A model generated the notes under the pieces. It was not told the DNA's origin. It saw only the letters and a list, made by a program, of their open reading frames with translations, and made no database searches. From contig CAZFPM010000009.1 in the NCBI GenBank assembly GCA_964520965.1, positions 1 to 52,897 of the forward strand: a stretch of DNA of 52,897 bases, in the 5' to 3' direction. Numbering within the stretch: the stretch's first letter is position 1; every line of letters begins with the position of its first letter. Below, piece by piece: positions 39,923-50,300 of this stretch. The DNA is from an uncultured Myxococcales bacterium. Lineage in GTDB: Bacteria; Myxococcota_A; Bradymonadia; REDH01. The translations under genes were made by a program, and so were the position numbers.

Positions 39923-42268
39923 TCACCGTGACCATATCTTCAGCATCGCCGGCAGAACGGCGAGATCGCCCACGACACAGGCCGCGATCGTCACGCACAG
40001 GAGCTCGCCGAAGAGCCGGACCGGCATGAACGTCGACAGCAACATCACCAGCATGCCGAAGCCGAGCATCAGGCTGGTGACGACGATCGCCCGCCCGCTT
40101 CCGCGCGCGGTGCGGAGCAGGGCCGTGTCCATGTCCACCCCCTCCCGGCGCTCTTCGCCGAATCGGGCCAAAAAGTGGACCGTGTCGTCGACGGCGAGCC
40201 CGATCGAGACCGAGAAGATAATCGCCGTCGTCGTGTTCAGCGGCACGCCGCGCACCGCCATGTAAGCCCACGTCGACAGGAGCGGCAGCACATTCGCCGG
40301 GACACTGATCAGCCCCATGCGCAGGCTGCGGAAGAGCAGGGTCATGATGCCGAAGATCACGGCGATCGCCAGCGCGAGGCTGTTGGTCAGGTCGCGGATC
40401 AACGAGTCGAGCCCGAGCGATCCGGTGTAGGCATCTCCCGTCAGCTCCCACGTCACGTCGTCGAGCCCGCCGAGGGCCGCCGTCAGCTGGTCCCGGAGCG
40501 CGTCGGCGAGGGCGAGCGCCGCGGTGGATCCGTCGTCGCTGAGCTTGATGTTCAGCCGCAGATGTCGGCGGTCGAAGCTGACGTAGGGCGCGATCGGGTT
40601 CGGACGTCCGCTCTCCAGCAGCGACGCGAGCTGGGCGACCTGTGCCCGGCTCCGGAAGGGGGTGTCCCGCATGGCTGGATCGTCGGACCATGCGACCCAC
40701 ATCTCGTGGAGCAGGTCACCGTAGCTCGTCGTCGACAGGACGCCGTCGCGTGTCTCCAACCAGGCCTGGACCTCGGCGACGGCGTTGAGCACTTCGGGGT
40801 CGTCGAAGCGGCCCTGCGTCTGCGCGGCGAGACTGATCTCGAAGGGCAATACGCCATCGAGTTCGCGCTCGAGTAACCGAGTCTGGATGTGCACGGGGTC
40901 CGATGGCGTGAACGCCTCGAGGAGCGTGGTGTCCACGATCACGCGGGCGCCGAGCGCGACCAGGCAGGCGCCGAGCACGGCCGCAATCGCCAGCGTCAAT
41001 CGAGGCCGACGGATCGACGCGCCGACCACGGCCTCCGAGAAGCGCTCGATGCGGTCGCTTCCGTCGCCGCCGAACCCACGCCCGGGTCGACGGACGAGCG
41101 TGAGCATCGGCGGAAGAAAAAGCACCGTCGTGACGTAGGCCAGCATCACCCCCGCCGCTGCCGTGAGCCCGAATCGCGCCAGGATCGTCGTCTTGGAGAT
41201 CACCAGGGACCCGAAGCCGACCGCGGTCGTGGCCGAGGTCAGAAGGCACGCTGCCGCCATCGCCACGAGGGTTCGGCGGCTCGCCTCGCGACGGTCGAAA
41301 CCGGCGGAGAGCTCCTCGCCGTAGCGGCTGACCAGGTGGATCGAGTCGCTCGTCCCGATGATGATCAGCAGCGTCGGGACGATCTGGTTGATGATGTTGA
41401 ACGGCTCCTGGACCAGGGCCATGCCGCCGACGACCATGCACACCGTGAGGCCGACCCCACCGACCGGCAGCACGACGCCGGGCAGCCAGCGAAACGCCAT
41501 CAGCAACATCAATCCGCACACCAGCAGCGAGAACGGGATCAGCTTCGTCTGGTCCGTCCGGAAGCGAACGACCATGTGAACACGAATGTGTGGGAGGCCA
41601 CCGACCTCTGCCGACGCGCCCGGAGGGAGGTCCAGCGCTGCCACCCGCTCCGCGATCTCGTCGACCAGCGGTTCAAGCACCGCGAGCTGCTCGAACTCGT
41701 CCTCGAGAAAGAGCGCCACCACCGTCGTCTGTCTTGCCTCGCTGACGAGCGAGCCGTCGAAGATCGTGCTCCGGGCGAGCGCCTGCCGAAGCTCCTCTGC
41801 TTCGTCGGCTTCGACCCGATCGCCCTCGACCGGTGAGTCGACGACCAGTGTCCCCGGACCCACGGTGCGGGGCACCGACGACCGGGTGATGCTCTCGATG
41901 CGCTCGATCCCGCCCACGCCGGCCGCCTCGTCACCGATCTGGTGAACGAAGTCGAGCACGTCGTGCCGGAGCACGTCGTCGGCCTGCACGATCACGAGCA
42001 GGATGTTCTCGGTATTGCCGAACGTGTCGACGAACCGGCGGTCGATCGCCTGCTGATCGCTGAACGTCGTGAAGAGGGCCTGGGGCGTGAAGTCCATCTT
42101 CACGCCGCGAACCCCGACGGCGACGAACGCGCTGATGACCAACGCCGCCACCAGCGCGAGCGGCGCGGCGCGCCTCGTGGTCACGAACCTGGCGAATCTG
42201 TGGAGCATGGGCGTCGCGGCGAGGGCTGTGTCGGGGCGAGCAGTAACCGGTGGAATCGTCGACGGCAA
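39923..42268 (-). CDS. MMPL/RND-superfamily exporter (COG1033, HpnN-like), paralog 2
   Basis: Same architecture and motifs as 26434-29160 (IIIGTSDSIHLVSRYGEE; SVSIGLAVDDTVHFLARFGEE). The start is the TTG at 42268 or, more likely, the ATG at 42208 (MLHRFARFVTTRR + TM helix). Confidence 0.85.
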   Translation of the reverse strand: MPSTIPPVTARPDTALAATPMLHRFARFVTTRRAAPLALVAALVISAFVAVGVRGVKMDFTPQALFTTFSDQQAIDRRFVDTFGNTENILLVIVQADDVLRHDVLDFVHQIGDEAAGVGGIERIESITRSSVPRTVGPGTLVVDSPVEGDRVEADEAEELRQALARSTIFDGSLVSEARQTTVVALFLEDEFEQLAVLEPLVDEIAERVAALDLPPGASAEVGGLPHIRVHMVVRFRTDQTKLIPFSLLVCGLMLLMAFRWLPGVVLPVGGVGLTVCMVVGGMALVQEPFNIINQIVPTLLIIIGTSDSIHLVSRYGEELSAGFDRREASRRTLVAMAAACLLTSATTAVGFGSLVISKTTILARFGLTAAAGVMLAYVTTVLFLPPMLTLVRRPGRGFGGDGSDRIERFSEAVVGASIRRPRLTLAIAAVLGACLVALGARVIVDTTLLEAFTPSDPVHIQTRLLERELDGVLPFEISLAAQTQGRFDDPEVLNAVAEVQAWLETRDGVLSTTSYGDLLHEMWVAWSDDPAMRDTPFRSRAQVAQLASLLESGRPNPIAPYVSFDRRHLRLNIKLSDDGSTAALALADALRDQLTAALGGLDDVTWELTGDAYTGSLGLDSLIRDLTNSLALAIAVIFGIMTLLFRSLRMGLISVPANVLPLLSTWAYMAVRGVPLNTTTAIIFSVSIGLAVDDTVHFLARFGEERREGVDMDTALLRTARGSGRAIVVTSLMLGFGMLVMLLSTFMPVRLFGELLCVTIAACVVGDLAVLPAMLKIWSR

Positions 42269-42382
42269 GCCGGGGCGCCAGCGACCTCGGCCACCTCGGC
42301 GGGAAGATCGGACCCGCTCAGACCCAAACCGCGTGCGCGCCGTTCAAGACGACATCGGCAACCCCCAACGACCGAGGTCGTC

Positions 42383-44674
42383 ATGACTCACCGACTGCTC
42401 CGAACCGCTCTCGTCGCTGCCCTGATGGTCGTCTCGACCGGCGCGTTCGCGCAGGGTCTGCTCATTCCCCGAGACGAAGCGGTCACGCCGCTGGCCCTGA
42501 CTTCACACCGCGTCGACTTCGAGATCCGCGAGCGCGGCGCGGTGACCCACGTCACCCAGATCTTCCGCAACCACACGTCGACGAACCTCGAGGCCACCTA
42601 CTACTTCGCCGTGCCGCCGGGCGCCGTGACGACGGATTTTGCGATCTGGATGAACGGCGAGCGCATCGCCGGCGAGGTGCTGCCGCGCGACCAGGCGCGC
42701 CAGACCTACGAGAACATCGTTCGCCGCATGCGCGACCCGGGGCTGCTGGAGTACATCGACGGGGAGCTCTTCCAGGCGTCGATCTTCCCGGTCCCCGCCA
42801 ACGGGGAGCAGACCGTCGAGATCGAGTACGCCACGGTCGTCGAGCGGCAAGGCACGATGCTCCACTACCGCTACCCGATCCACGAGTCCGCGAGCGCCGA
42901 GATCCCGTCGTTCGTCGTCTCCGGCGAGGTCGAGAGCTCGCACAACATCACGACCGTCTACGCGCCCTACCACGAGGTCGAGACCATCGAGGAGCGGGGC
43001 GGACGCCGTGTGCGCGTGTCGATGGAAGAGGTCGGCATGGGTACGGCGGAAGACTTCGAGCTCTTCGTCGGCCTCACCGGCGAAGACCTCGGCTTCTCGC
43101 TGCTGACCTTCGACGACGACGATGGCGAAGACGGGTACTTCATGCTCACGCTCGCGCCCTCGCCGGACCTCGAGGAGCTGGAGGTGCTTCCGAAGCAGGT
43201 GACCCTGGTCGTCGACACGTCGGGCTCGATGGCCGGCGACAAGATCGACCAGGCCCAGGAGATGCTCCGCTACTGCGTCGAGAACCTCGGTCGGGACGAC
43301 ATGTTCCAGATCATCGGCTTCTCGAGCGGCGTGAACCCGGCGTTCGATGAGCCGGTGCGCGCGACGCGCGAGAACGTCGACGCGGCGCTCGCCTTCATCT
43401 CCACGCTGCGAGCGCGCGGCAACACCAACATCTCGGGCGCCCTGGAGCGCGCACTCGACGACCCGGCGTCGCCCGAGCGTCCGCACGCGATCATCTTCGT
43501 CACCGACGGGCTGCCCACCGAGGGCGACACCGACGTCGACGACATCCTCGACATCGCCGGACGCGGAATCAGCGACGGCGATCGGCGCGTCTTCGCCTTC
43601 GGCGTCGGCTACGACGTCAACACGCGTCTGCTCGACGGCGTGGCTCGTCGCGGCCGTGGCGAGACCGGCTACGTGCGACCGAACGAAGACATGAGCGACG
43701 TGGTCGGCGAGTTCGTCGACACGATCGGTTCCCCGCTCCTGACCCACCTGGAGATCGACTTCGGCCGGGTCGATGTCGACGACGTCTACCCGAGCCCGCT
43801 CCCCGACCTGTACCGCGAGCGCGAGATCACGATCTTCGGGCGCTACGAGGCCAGCTCGAGCGACCAGGTCGTGGTCCGCGGCCAGGCAGCCGGTGGTCGC
43901 GACTGGACGATGGAGTACGGCGCCACCTTCATGGCCGACACCGACGCCAACACGAACTTCGTCGCCAATCTCTGGGCCCACCGTCGGGTCGACGCGCTCC
44001 TGACCGAGATCGAAGACCGCGGTGAGAGCCAGCGTCGCATCGACGAGATCGTCGAGCTGGCGACCGCGTGGGGCATCGTCACGCCCTACACGAGCTACCT
44101 GGCGATGGACCCGAACGAGCAGCTGTGGCAGCCGACCCCCGAGCCGATGTGGGAAGACGACTCCATCGCCGACCGCGAGATGCCGCGGGCCGGCGGTGGT
44201 CGGGCGACCCGTCGATTCGACATGGACGAGGAAGCCGAAGCCGCCGCCGAGCCGATGTGGGACGCCCCTGGCGACATGGGCGGATTCGACGGCCTGGCCG
44301 CAGGTTCGACCGGCTCGCGCTCGTCGTCCCGCAATCGCGGTCCGGCCAGCCGCCCGGCCCCCACGGTGCCGGTCGCCCAGGCGGAGACGGGGCGCGACGC
44401 GGTCGAGCGCTCGATCCAGCGCAACGAAGAGCGTTCGAGCCTGACGCTCACCGAGACCGACGCCCGCCGCGCCGCGGGCCGCAACTTCGAGCGCCTCGGC
44501 GGCGTCTGGGTGCAGACCGACATCGGCGGTCGCAGCGTCGACGAGCGAGTCGGCTACATGAGCGAAGAGTACTTCGCGCTGCTCCGAGACCACCCCGAGC
44601 TGCGTGACGTGCTCGCCCTCGGTGAGCGGGTTCGCTTCGAGCTCGGCGGCCGCATCTACGAGATCGTGCCCTGA
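42383..44674 (+). CDS. Secreted VIT + von Willebrand factor type A domain protein
   Basis: GAGG RBS, ATG at 42383, signal peptide MTHRLLRTALVAALMVVSTGAFA. VIT-like N-terminus (VTHVTQIFRNHTSTNLEATYYFAVPPGAVTTDFAIWMNGERIAGEV). vWA MIDAS motif VVDTSGSMAG. Confidence 0.88.
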   Translation: MTHRLLRTALVAALMVVSTGAFAQGLLIPRDEAVTPLALTSHRVDFEIRERGAVTHVTQIFRNHTSTNLEATYYFAVPPGAVTTDFAIWMNGERIAGEVLPRDQARQTYENIVRRMRDPGLLEYIDGELFQASIFPVPANGEQTVEIEYATVVERQGTMLHYRYPIHESASAEIPSFVVSGEVESSHNITTVYAPYHEVETIEERGGRRVRVSMEEVGMGTAEDFELFVGLTGEDLGFSLLTFDDDDGEDGYFMLTLAPSPDLEELEVLPKQVTLVVDTSGSMAGDKIDQAQEMLRYCVENLGRDDMFQIIGFSSGVNPAFDEPVRATRENVDAALAFISTLRARGNTNISGALERALDDPASPERPHAIIFVTDGLPTEGDTDVDDILDIAGRGISDGDRRVFAFGVGYDVNTRLLDGVARRGRGETGYVRPNEDMSDVVGEFVDTIGSPLLTHLEIDFGRVDVDDVYPSPLPDLYREREITIFGRYEASSSDQVVVRGQAAGGRDWTMEYGATFMADTDANTNFVANLWAHRRVDALLTEIEDRGESQRRIDEIVELATAWGIVTPYTSYLAMDPNEQLWQPTPEPMWEDDSIADREMPRAGGGRATRRFDMDEEAEAAAEPMWDAPGDMGGFDGLAAGSTGSRSSSRNRGPASRPAPTVPVAQAETGRDAVERSIQRNEERSSLTLTETDARRAAGRNFERLGGVWVQTDIGGRSVDERVGYMSEEYFALLRDHPELRDVLALGERVRFELGGRIYEIVP

Positions 44675-44680
44675 TCGTCG

Positions 44681-45436
44681 TCAGACGCGCCACGTGCGCA
44701 GGGCCAGTGGCCACCGAACCTCGCGCTCGCCTGAACCCCAGGCGGGCGCGAGTGCGTTGCGGAGGGCGACCAGCGGGTCCTCTCCGCGCTCGCGCTGATA
44801 CGTCTTCACGGCCGACCACGTGCCGACGAAGCCGAGCATCTGCTCCAACTCCCAGCGCACCGACATCGGCGGCGGCTCGAGCTCGACGCGCTCGAAGGGT
44901 GCCTCGATCGACGCGTACCCCTCGTCGACGAAGCGGCGCACCGGCGACCAGTAGGGGCCCGTCGTGTCGTCGTAGAAGTCGCGGACGATCGCGTCCACGG
45001 CGTCCGACACCTCGAAGAGTCGGTAGCACGACGCCGCGACGAGGCCGCCCGGTGCGCACACGCGCGCGACCTCGGCGAAGAAGCGCGGGTGGTCGAACCA
45101 GTGCAGCGCCTGGGACACGGTCACGAGATCGACAGTTGCCGGCTCCAACCCCGACGCCTCGGCCGTGGCGACCGCATACCTCACCCGCGGGTGTGCTCGC
45201 GCCGCGTCGATCTGTCGCCGGCTCGCGTCGGTCGCGACGACGGCCTCGAAATGCTTGGCGACGCCGATGGCGGTCTGCCCGTTACCGGTGCCACAATCCC
45301 AGGCGAGGCGCCGTGCGTTCGCGGCCCCGGCGAGCAGGGCGAAGAGCTCGGGGGGGTAGCCGGGGCGGAAGCGCGCGTAGTCGTCGGCATGCCCCGAGAA
45401 GTGGTCTTCGAAGCTCAACGTTCGCGCGCTCCCCAC
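44681..45436 (-). CDS. Class I SAM-dependent methyltransferase (Methyltransf_11-like)
   Basis: Motif I LAWDCGTGNGQTA, post-I VVATDAS, motif II/III DLVTVSQALHWF...APGGLVA. The more likely start is the TTG at 45416-45418, which overlaps the recD TGA (TTGA). Confidence 0.85.
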   Translation of the reverse strand: MGSARTLSFEDHFSGHADDYARFRPGYPPELFALLAGAANARRLAWDCGTGNGQTAIGVAKHFEAVVATDASRRQIDAARAHPRVRYAVATAEASGLEPATVDLVTVSQALHWFDHPRFFAEVARVCAPGGLVAASCYRLFEVSDAVDAIVRDFYDDTTGPYWSPVRRFVDEGYASIEAPFERVELEPPPMSVRWELEQMLGFVGTWSAVKTYQRERGEDPLVALRNALAPAWGSGEREVRWPLALRTWRV

Positions 45437-47340
45437 AGCGCCTCGCGGAGTCCCGAGGCGCGGCGGACCCGCCGCGAGACCGCGTCGACGAGCACACCGG
45501 GCGCGCCGAGGACCACTGCGGCGGTGCGGGCGCGGGTGACGGCGGTGTAGATCAGCTCGCCGGTCAACACCGGCGAGGGGCGGTTGGGCAGCACGACGGC
45601 GACCCGCTCGTACTCCGACCCCTGGCTCTTGTGCACCGTCATCGCCCAGCAGGTCTCGTGGTCCGGAAGCCGTGCCACCGGAACCCGTCGCAGCCCGCCG
45701 TCACCGGTCTCGAACCAGGCGCGCAATCGTGACGAATCGGTCGAGTCGGCGAGCACGATGCCCACGTCTCCGTTGAAGAGATCCAGCTGGTAGTCGTTGC
45801 GGGTGACCAGGAAGGGCCGGAACGGGTAATGACCTGGCCCGGGGCACAACCCCGCTGCGACGAGGGCTCGTTCGATGCGCCGGTTCAGGGTCTCGACGCC
45901 GAAGGGGCCTCGGCGGTGGGCGCAGAGCACACGAAAACGTCCGAAAGCCGCGAATGCGGCGCATGCGCGCTGCTCGTCGTCGCCATCGCCGGCGCCTTCG
46001 ATCATGCGCCGGTAGGCCGGCACCAGGAACTGCTCCAGGAACGTCGCGGGGACGGTGGGGCCCGGCGTGTCGACCGCGTAAACCCCGGGCTCGGCCCCGT
46101 CCGGCCAGCCCTCGCCGTCGCCGAGACGGGTGAGCGCGGCCTCGACGGCGTCTCCATCGCCACTGCGGACCGCGCTGGCGAGCTTCCCGATCGGGCTCTC
46201 GTCGTCGAAGCGACGGCTTCGGGTCAGCTCGACGATCCGATCGCCGAGGGGAGCGTCTCCGTCGTGCGCGGGAGGAAGATCGGGAGGCAGGGTACCGATC
46301 GCGTGCTCGGCCGCATCGAGCAGCGGGCGCGAGTGTCCCGGTCGCTCCTCTCCCGCCAGGCAGATGTCGCCGAGGATCGCCCCGGCCTCGACGGACGCGA
46401 GCTGGTCCTGGTCGCCGAGCAGGATGAGCCGGGCGTCCTTCGGGACGGCGTCGAGGAGGCGCCGCATCAGCCCGATGTCGACCATCGAGGCCTCGTCGAC
46501 CACGATCACGTCGGCGAGCAGCGGGTTGTCGGCATCGTGCCGAAAACGCGTCGGGTCGTCGAACCGGCTCCCGAGCCGACGGTGGATCGTCGCCGCGTCT
46601 CGCGGGATCGCCGCGACGATCTCCGGTGCCAGGCCGAGATCGCCGATGCTCTTCGTGATCGACTCGACCAGGCGTGCCGCCGCCTTTCCGGTCGGCGCCA
46701 GCAGCTCGATCCGCGGCATCCGGCGTCGTGCGGCGGCGGCCTGGGAAGCGAGGAGCGCCAACACCCGGACGACCACCGCCGTCTTGCCGGTGCCCGGTCC
46801 CCCGGTGACGACGGTGACCCGGCCGCGCACGGCGGCGACGGCCGCCAACGCCTGGCGTGCCTGCCAACCGGTCCGCTCGGGGAAGACCTTCGCGATGTCC
46901 TGTTTCAGCCGCTCGGCGTCGTAGTCCTCGACGGGAGCGTGCGCCCGCTCGTTCAACACCCGGGCGAGCGTGCGCTCGTGGTCGAAGTAGCGGGTGAGGT
47001 AGAGTCGGTCGCCAGCGAGCACCAGCGGGGTGAGCGATGTGCCGTCGCCCACCAGCGCCGACCCGCGCAGGGCCTCGGTCCACACCTCGACCTCGGGCCA
47101 GTCGAATCCCCCGAGAGCCGTGCCCTCCCGGTCAACCGGTGTCTCCCCGACGATCGCGCCGAGCTCCGCACAGATGTGCCCCTGGCCGACCGCCCGCGTC
47201 GCCACCGCGACGCCGAGCATGACCAGCGGGTCGTCGATCTCGGCGACGCGGGAGAGCGATCTCGCCATCTCCACGTCGAGCCGGCCGAGGTAGCCGCCGT
47301 CGAGCAGCACCTGCACCCGGTCGGGGAGTCGACCGCTCAT
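45415..47340 (-). CDS. recD: Exodeoxyribonuclease V alpha subunit RecD
   Basis: Walker A VVTGGPGTGKTAVV. Walker B VIVVDEASMVD. LILLGDQDQLASVEAG. MTVHKSQGSEYERVAVVLP. The ATG overlaps the recB TGA (ATGA). Confidence 0.93.
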   Translation of the reverse strand: MSGRLPDRVQVLLDGGYLGRLDVEMARSLSRVAEIDDPLVMLGVAVATRAVGQGHICAELGAIVGETPVDREGTALGGFDWPEVEVWTEALRGSALVGDGTSLTPLVLAGDRLYLTRYFDHERTLARVLNERAHAPVEDYDAERLKQDIAKVFPERTGWQARQALAAVAAVRGRVTVVTGGPGTGKTAVVVRVLALLASQAAAARRRMPRIELLAPTGKAAARLVESITKSIGDLGLAPEIVAAIPRDAATIHRRLGSRFDDPTRFRHDADNPLLADVIVVDEASMVDIGLMRRLLDAVPKDARLILLGDQDQLASVEAGAILGDICLAGEERPGHSRPLLDAAEHAIGTLPPDLPPAHDGDAPLGDRIVELTRSRRFDDESPIGKLASAVRSGDGDAVEAALTRLGDGEGWPDGAEPGVYAVDTPGPTVPATFLEQFLVPAYRRMIEGAGDGDDEQRACAAFAAFGRFRVLCAHRRGPFGVETLNRRIERALVAAGLCPGPGHYPFRPFLVTRNDYQLDLFNGDVGIVLADSTDSSRLRAWFETGDGGLRRVPVARLPDHETCWAMTVHKSQGSEYERVAVVLPNRPSPVLTGELIYTAVTRARTAAVVLGAPGVLVDAVSRRVRRASGLREALWGARER

Positions 47341-50300
47341 GGCGTCCCCCCGGCGAAGAGGGCGTCGACGGCCTCGACGACGGCGAACGGAACACGGGTC
47401 TCGTAGACGCCGGTGATCGGCCCGCGCGCCGGCGCCATGCCGCGGACGAAGAGGTAGAGCGCCCCGCCGACGTGCCGTTCGTACGCGTAGTCAGACAGCC
47501 GCACGGAGAGGAAGCGGTGCAGGGCGACGGTGTAGAGCAGGGCCTGCAGGTCGTATTGCCCGTGGCGCATCGCTTCGGCCAGCCGCCCGGTGCGATAGCG
47601 GTCGACCGTATCGCCGAGCCGGTTGGTCTTGTAGTCGGCCACCCACCACCGCCCACCGTGTTCGAAGAGCAGGTCGATGGAGCCCTTGAGGTAGCCTTCG
47701 AACGCCGCGAACCCCAGTTCGGCCGTGCGCTCGGCGAGGCCGGTGAATTCGTCGCCGCCCGCCGTGCGCAACACCGCAGCGAGCCGCGCCGGACTGACGG
47801 GGAGCGAACCGCGGCGTCGCACCGGGAACACGAAATCGAGCTCGTTGAGGCGGCGGCCCGCTGCGATGTCCGCGAGGCGCATGCCGCTGTCGTTCAGCGG
47901 GGTCGCGACGGTGTCGGCGACCATCTCGTTGACGGTGGTCGTCCAGCGCTTCGCGTCGAACCCGAATCGGCCGAGCTGCTCCTCGATGATCGGCAGGCCG
48001 GCGTCGACGTCGGCGAAGTCGAGCTCCTCGAAGATCCGGTGGATGCAACGTCCGGCCCGTCGTCCGGCCGGGAAGTCGGCAAAGGGCACGCGCTCACCGC
48101 CCTCGATGTCCGGCGGCAGATCGTCGGGCGTGGTCTCGTCGTCGCCGGGCCGGTCGCCCGCCGGCTCTCCGGGGTCGCGGTGGCGGATCAGGCCCGAGTA
48201 GCTCGACACCCGCCACGGGAACGCGTGCCGGGAGAAATGCCGCGCGCGGAGCTCCCCCTCGCGGCCCTCGGTCGCCTCGTAGGGCGGCACGTCCTTGTCG
48301 TACGTCTTGCAAGCCTCGATCGCGCCGTCGCTGCGGGTCGTCAACGCGTCGAACGTGGCCCACATCGGCCCCGACCCCAGGTGGTGCACATGATCGCGCA
48401 CCTCGCCGGGCGTCGCCCGTGCGTCGTCGGGGTGGAAGAGGAGCCACGCCAGCGGCGATCGTGCGTAACGGTCTGCCCTTGCGGAGGTGTCCCAGATCAG
48501 GCTGCAACGGTATTGCGCACGGGTGATCGCGACGTAGAGCAGGCGGACGTCTTCGGCGAACGACTCCTCGGCGGCGACGTCGGCGTGCGTGCCGTGGTCC
48601 TCGGAGCCCATGTCGAGCTTCGTCCGCCGTTCGTCCTCGGGGTCGTGGAAGCGGATCGGTGTACCGGCGCTCGCTGCACCCCGCGAGGCCTTGGACGCGA
48701 ACGGGACGTAGACGAGCGGGAACTCGAGGCCCTTGCTCTTGTGCACGGTCATCACGTGCACGGCATCGTCGTCCTTCTCCATGCGGAGCTCGGTCGCGTC
48801 GTCATCCCCGCCCGTACGCTGGCGGGCGATCAACCAGCGAACCACGCCGGGCGGGCTGAGGCGCTCGTTCGCCTCGGCTTCGTGCAGCAGCTCGGAGAGG
48901 TGGAGCAGATTGGTCATGCGCCGCTCGCCGTCCGGTCGGCCGAGCAGACGCGCGGGGAGACCGCCGGGTCGGGAGTCTGCGCTGTCGGGGGCCGCCGGCA
49001 GGGGCTCGTCGAGCAGCGAGCGGAACATGCTGGCGAAGCCCCGGGTCAGCCAGGTGTCGTGCCACCCGCGGAAGCGGTCGATCGTCTGCTCCCACGTGTC
49101 CGGGTCGCGCTCCATCGCCGCGAGCTCGTCACCGGTGCGGCCGAAGAGGTGGGTCGTGATCGCGGCGCGCACCCGGTCGATGCGCGTCGGCTCCATGACC
49201 GCCTGGAGGATCTGGCGCAGCTCCTCGGCATCGCCCGACGTGAAGACGCTCGTACCGTCGCGGATGACCGCCGGGACCCCGGCGTCGAGCAGCGCCCCGT
49301 GCACATCGCGACCCTCGCGGTTCGAGCGGGTCAGCACCGCGATGTCACCCGGCCCGACCCGGCGACCGTCGACGAGCGTCTCCGCCTGCAGCAGACGACT
49401 GATCTGACGGGCGACGCGCGCCGGGAGCGAGATTCGAGGGCCCGGCCCCGACTCGGGCGGCTCGACGACGAGGATCTGGAGCGGCGGTCGCTCCCGTCCG
49501 TTGACGACGAGCGGCCCCCGCGCGTCGTCGGGCGTGCTGACGTCCGGGTGGTGGATATCGTCGAGCACGAAGACGCCCGGCGCGCGGAAGAGGGTGTTGA
49601 CCGCCGCGACCAGTCCGGGCGTCGACCGCCGGTTCGTATCCAGGGAGAAGGGTTCGCCCGCCCGCCGTGCGGCGCCGAGATAGGCGAAGATGTCCGCGCC
49701 CCGGAACCCGTAGATCGCCTGCTTGGGATCGCCGACCAGGAAGAGCAGCCCGTCACCATCGGGGCGGCTCGCGAGCGCGAAGAGTCGCTCGAAGATCGCG
49801 TACTGCACCGGGTCGGTGTCCTGGAACTCATCGATCAACACCGCGTCGTAGCGGCGCCGGATCGCGTCGGCGAGCCGATCACCGCCGTCGCCGCGGAGGG
49901 CGCGGTCGAGGTCGTGCAGCAGGTCGTCGAACGACTGGACCCGCGCCCGACGTTTGCGGGCCGGGACCTCGCGCCGGGCGAAGCGAACGAGCTCGCGCTC
50001 GAAGGCGAGCCGCCATGCCGACAAGACGGTCTCGGCCGCGTGCCACGCAGTGAGCAGAGAGTCGATCTGCTCGAGCAGCGGGTGTTCCGGCGTCGTCTTC
50101 CCCTTGTTGGTCCGTCCGACGACGTGCGCGCGGCCGAACACGTCGACCCGGTCGATTTTGAGCAGAAGCGAGGGGTCGGCCGCGAACCATGCGGTCGTCT
50201 CGCGTCCTCGCTTCTCGATGCGGTCACGACGGTAGGTCCCTCGGTTCAGGGTTCCCCGATCGGCGGCTGCGGCCAGCTGCTCTACGAGCTCCATACCGTC

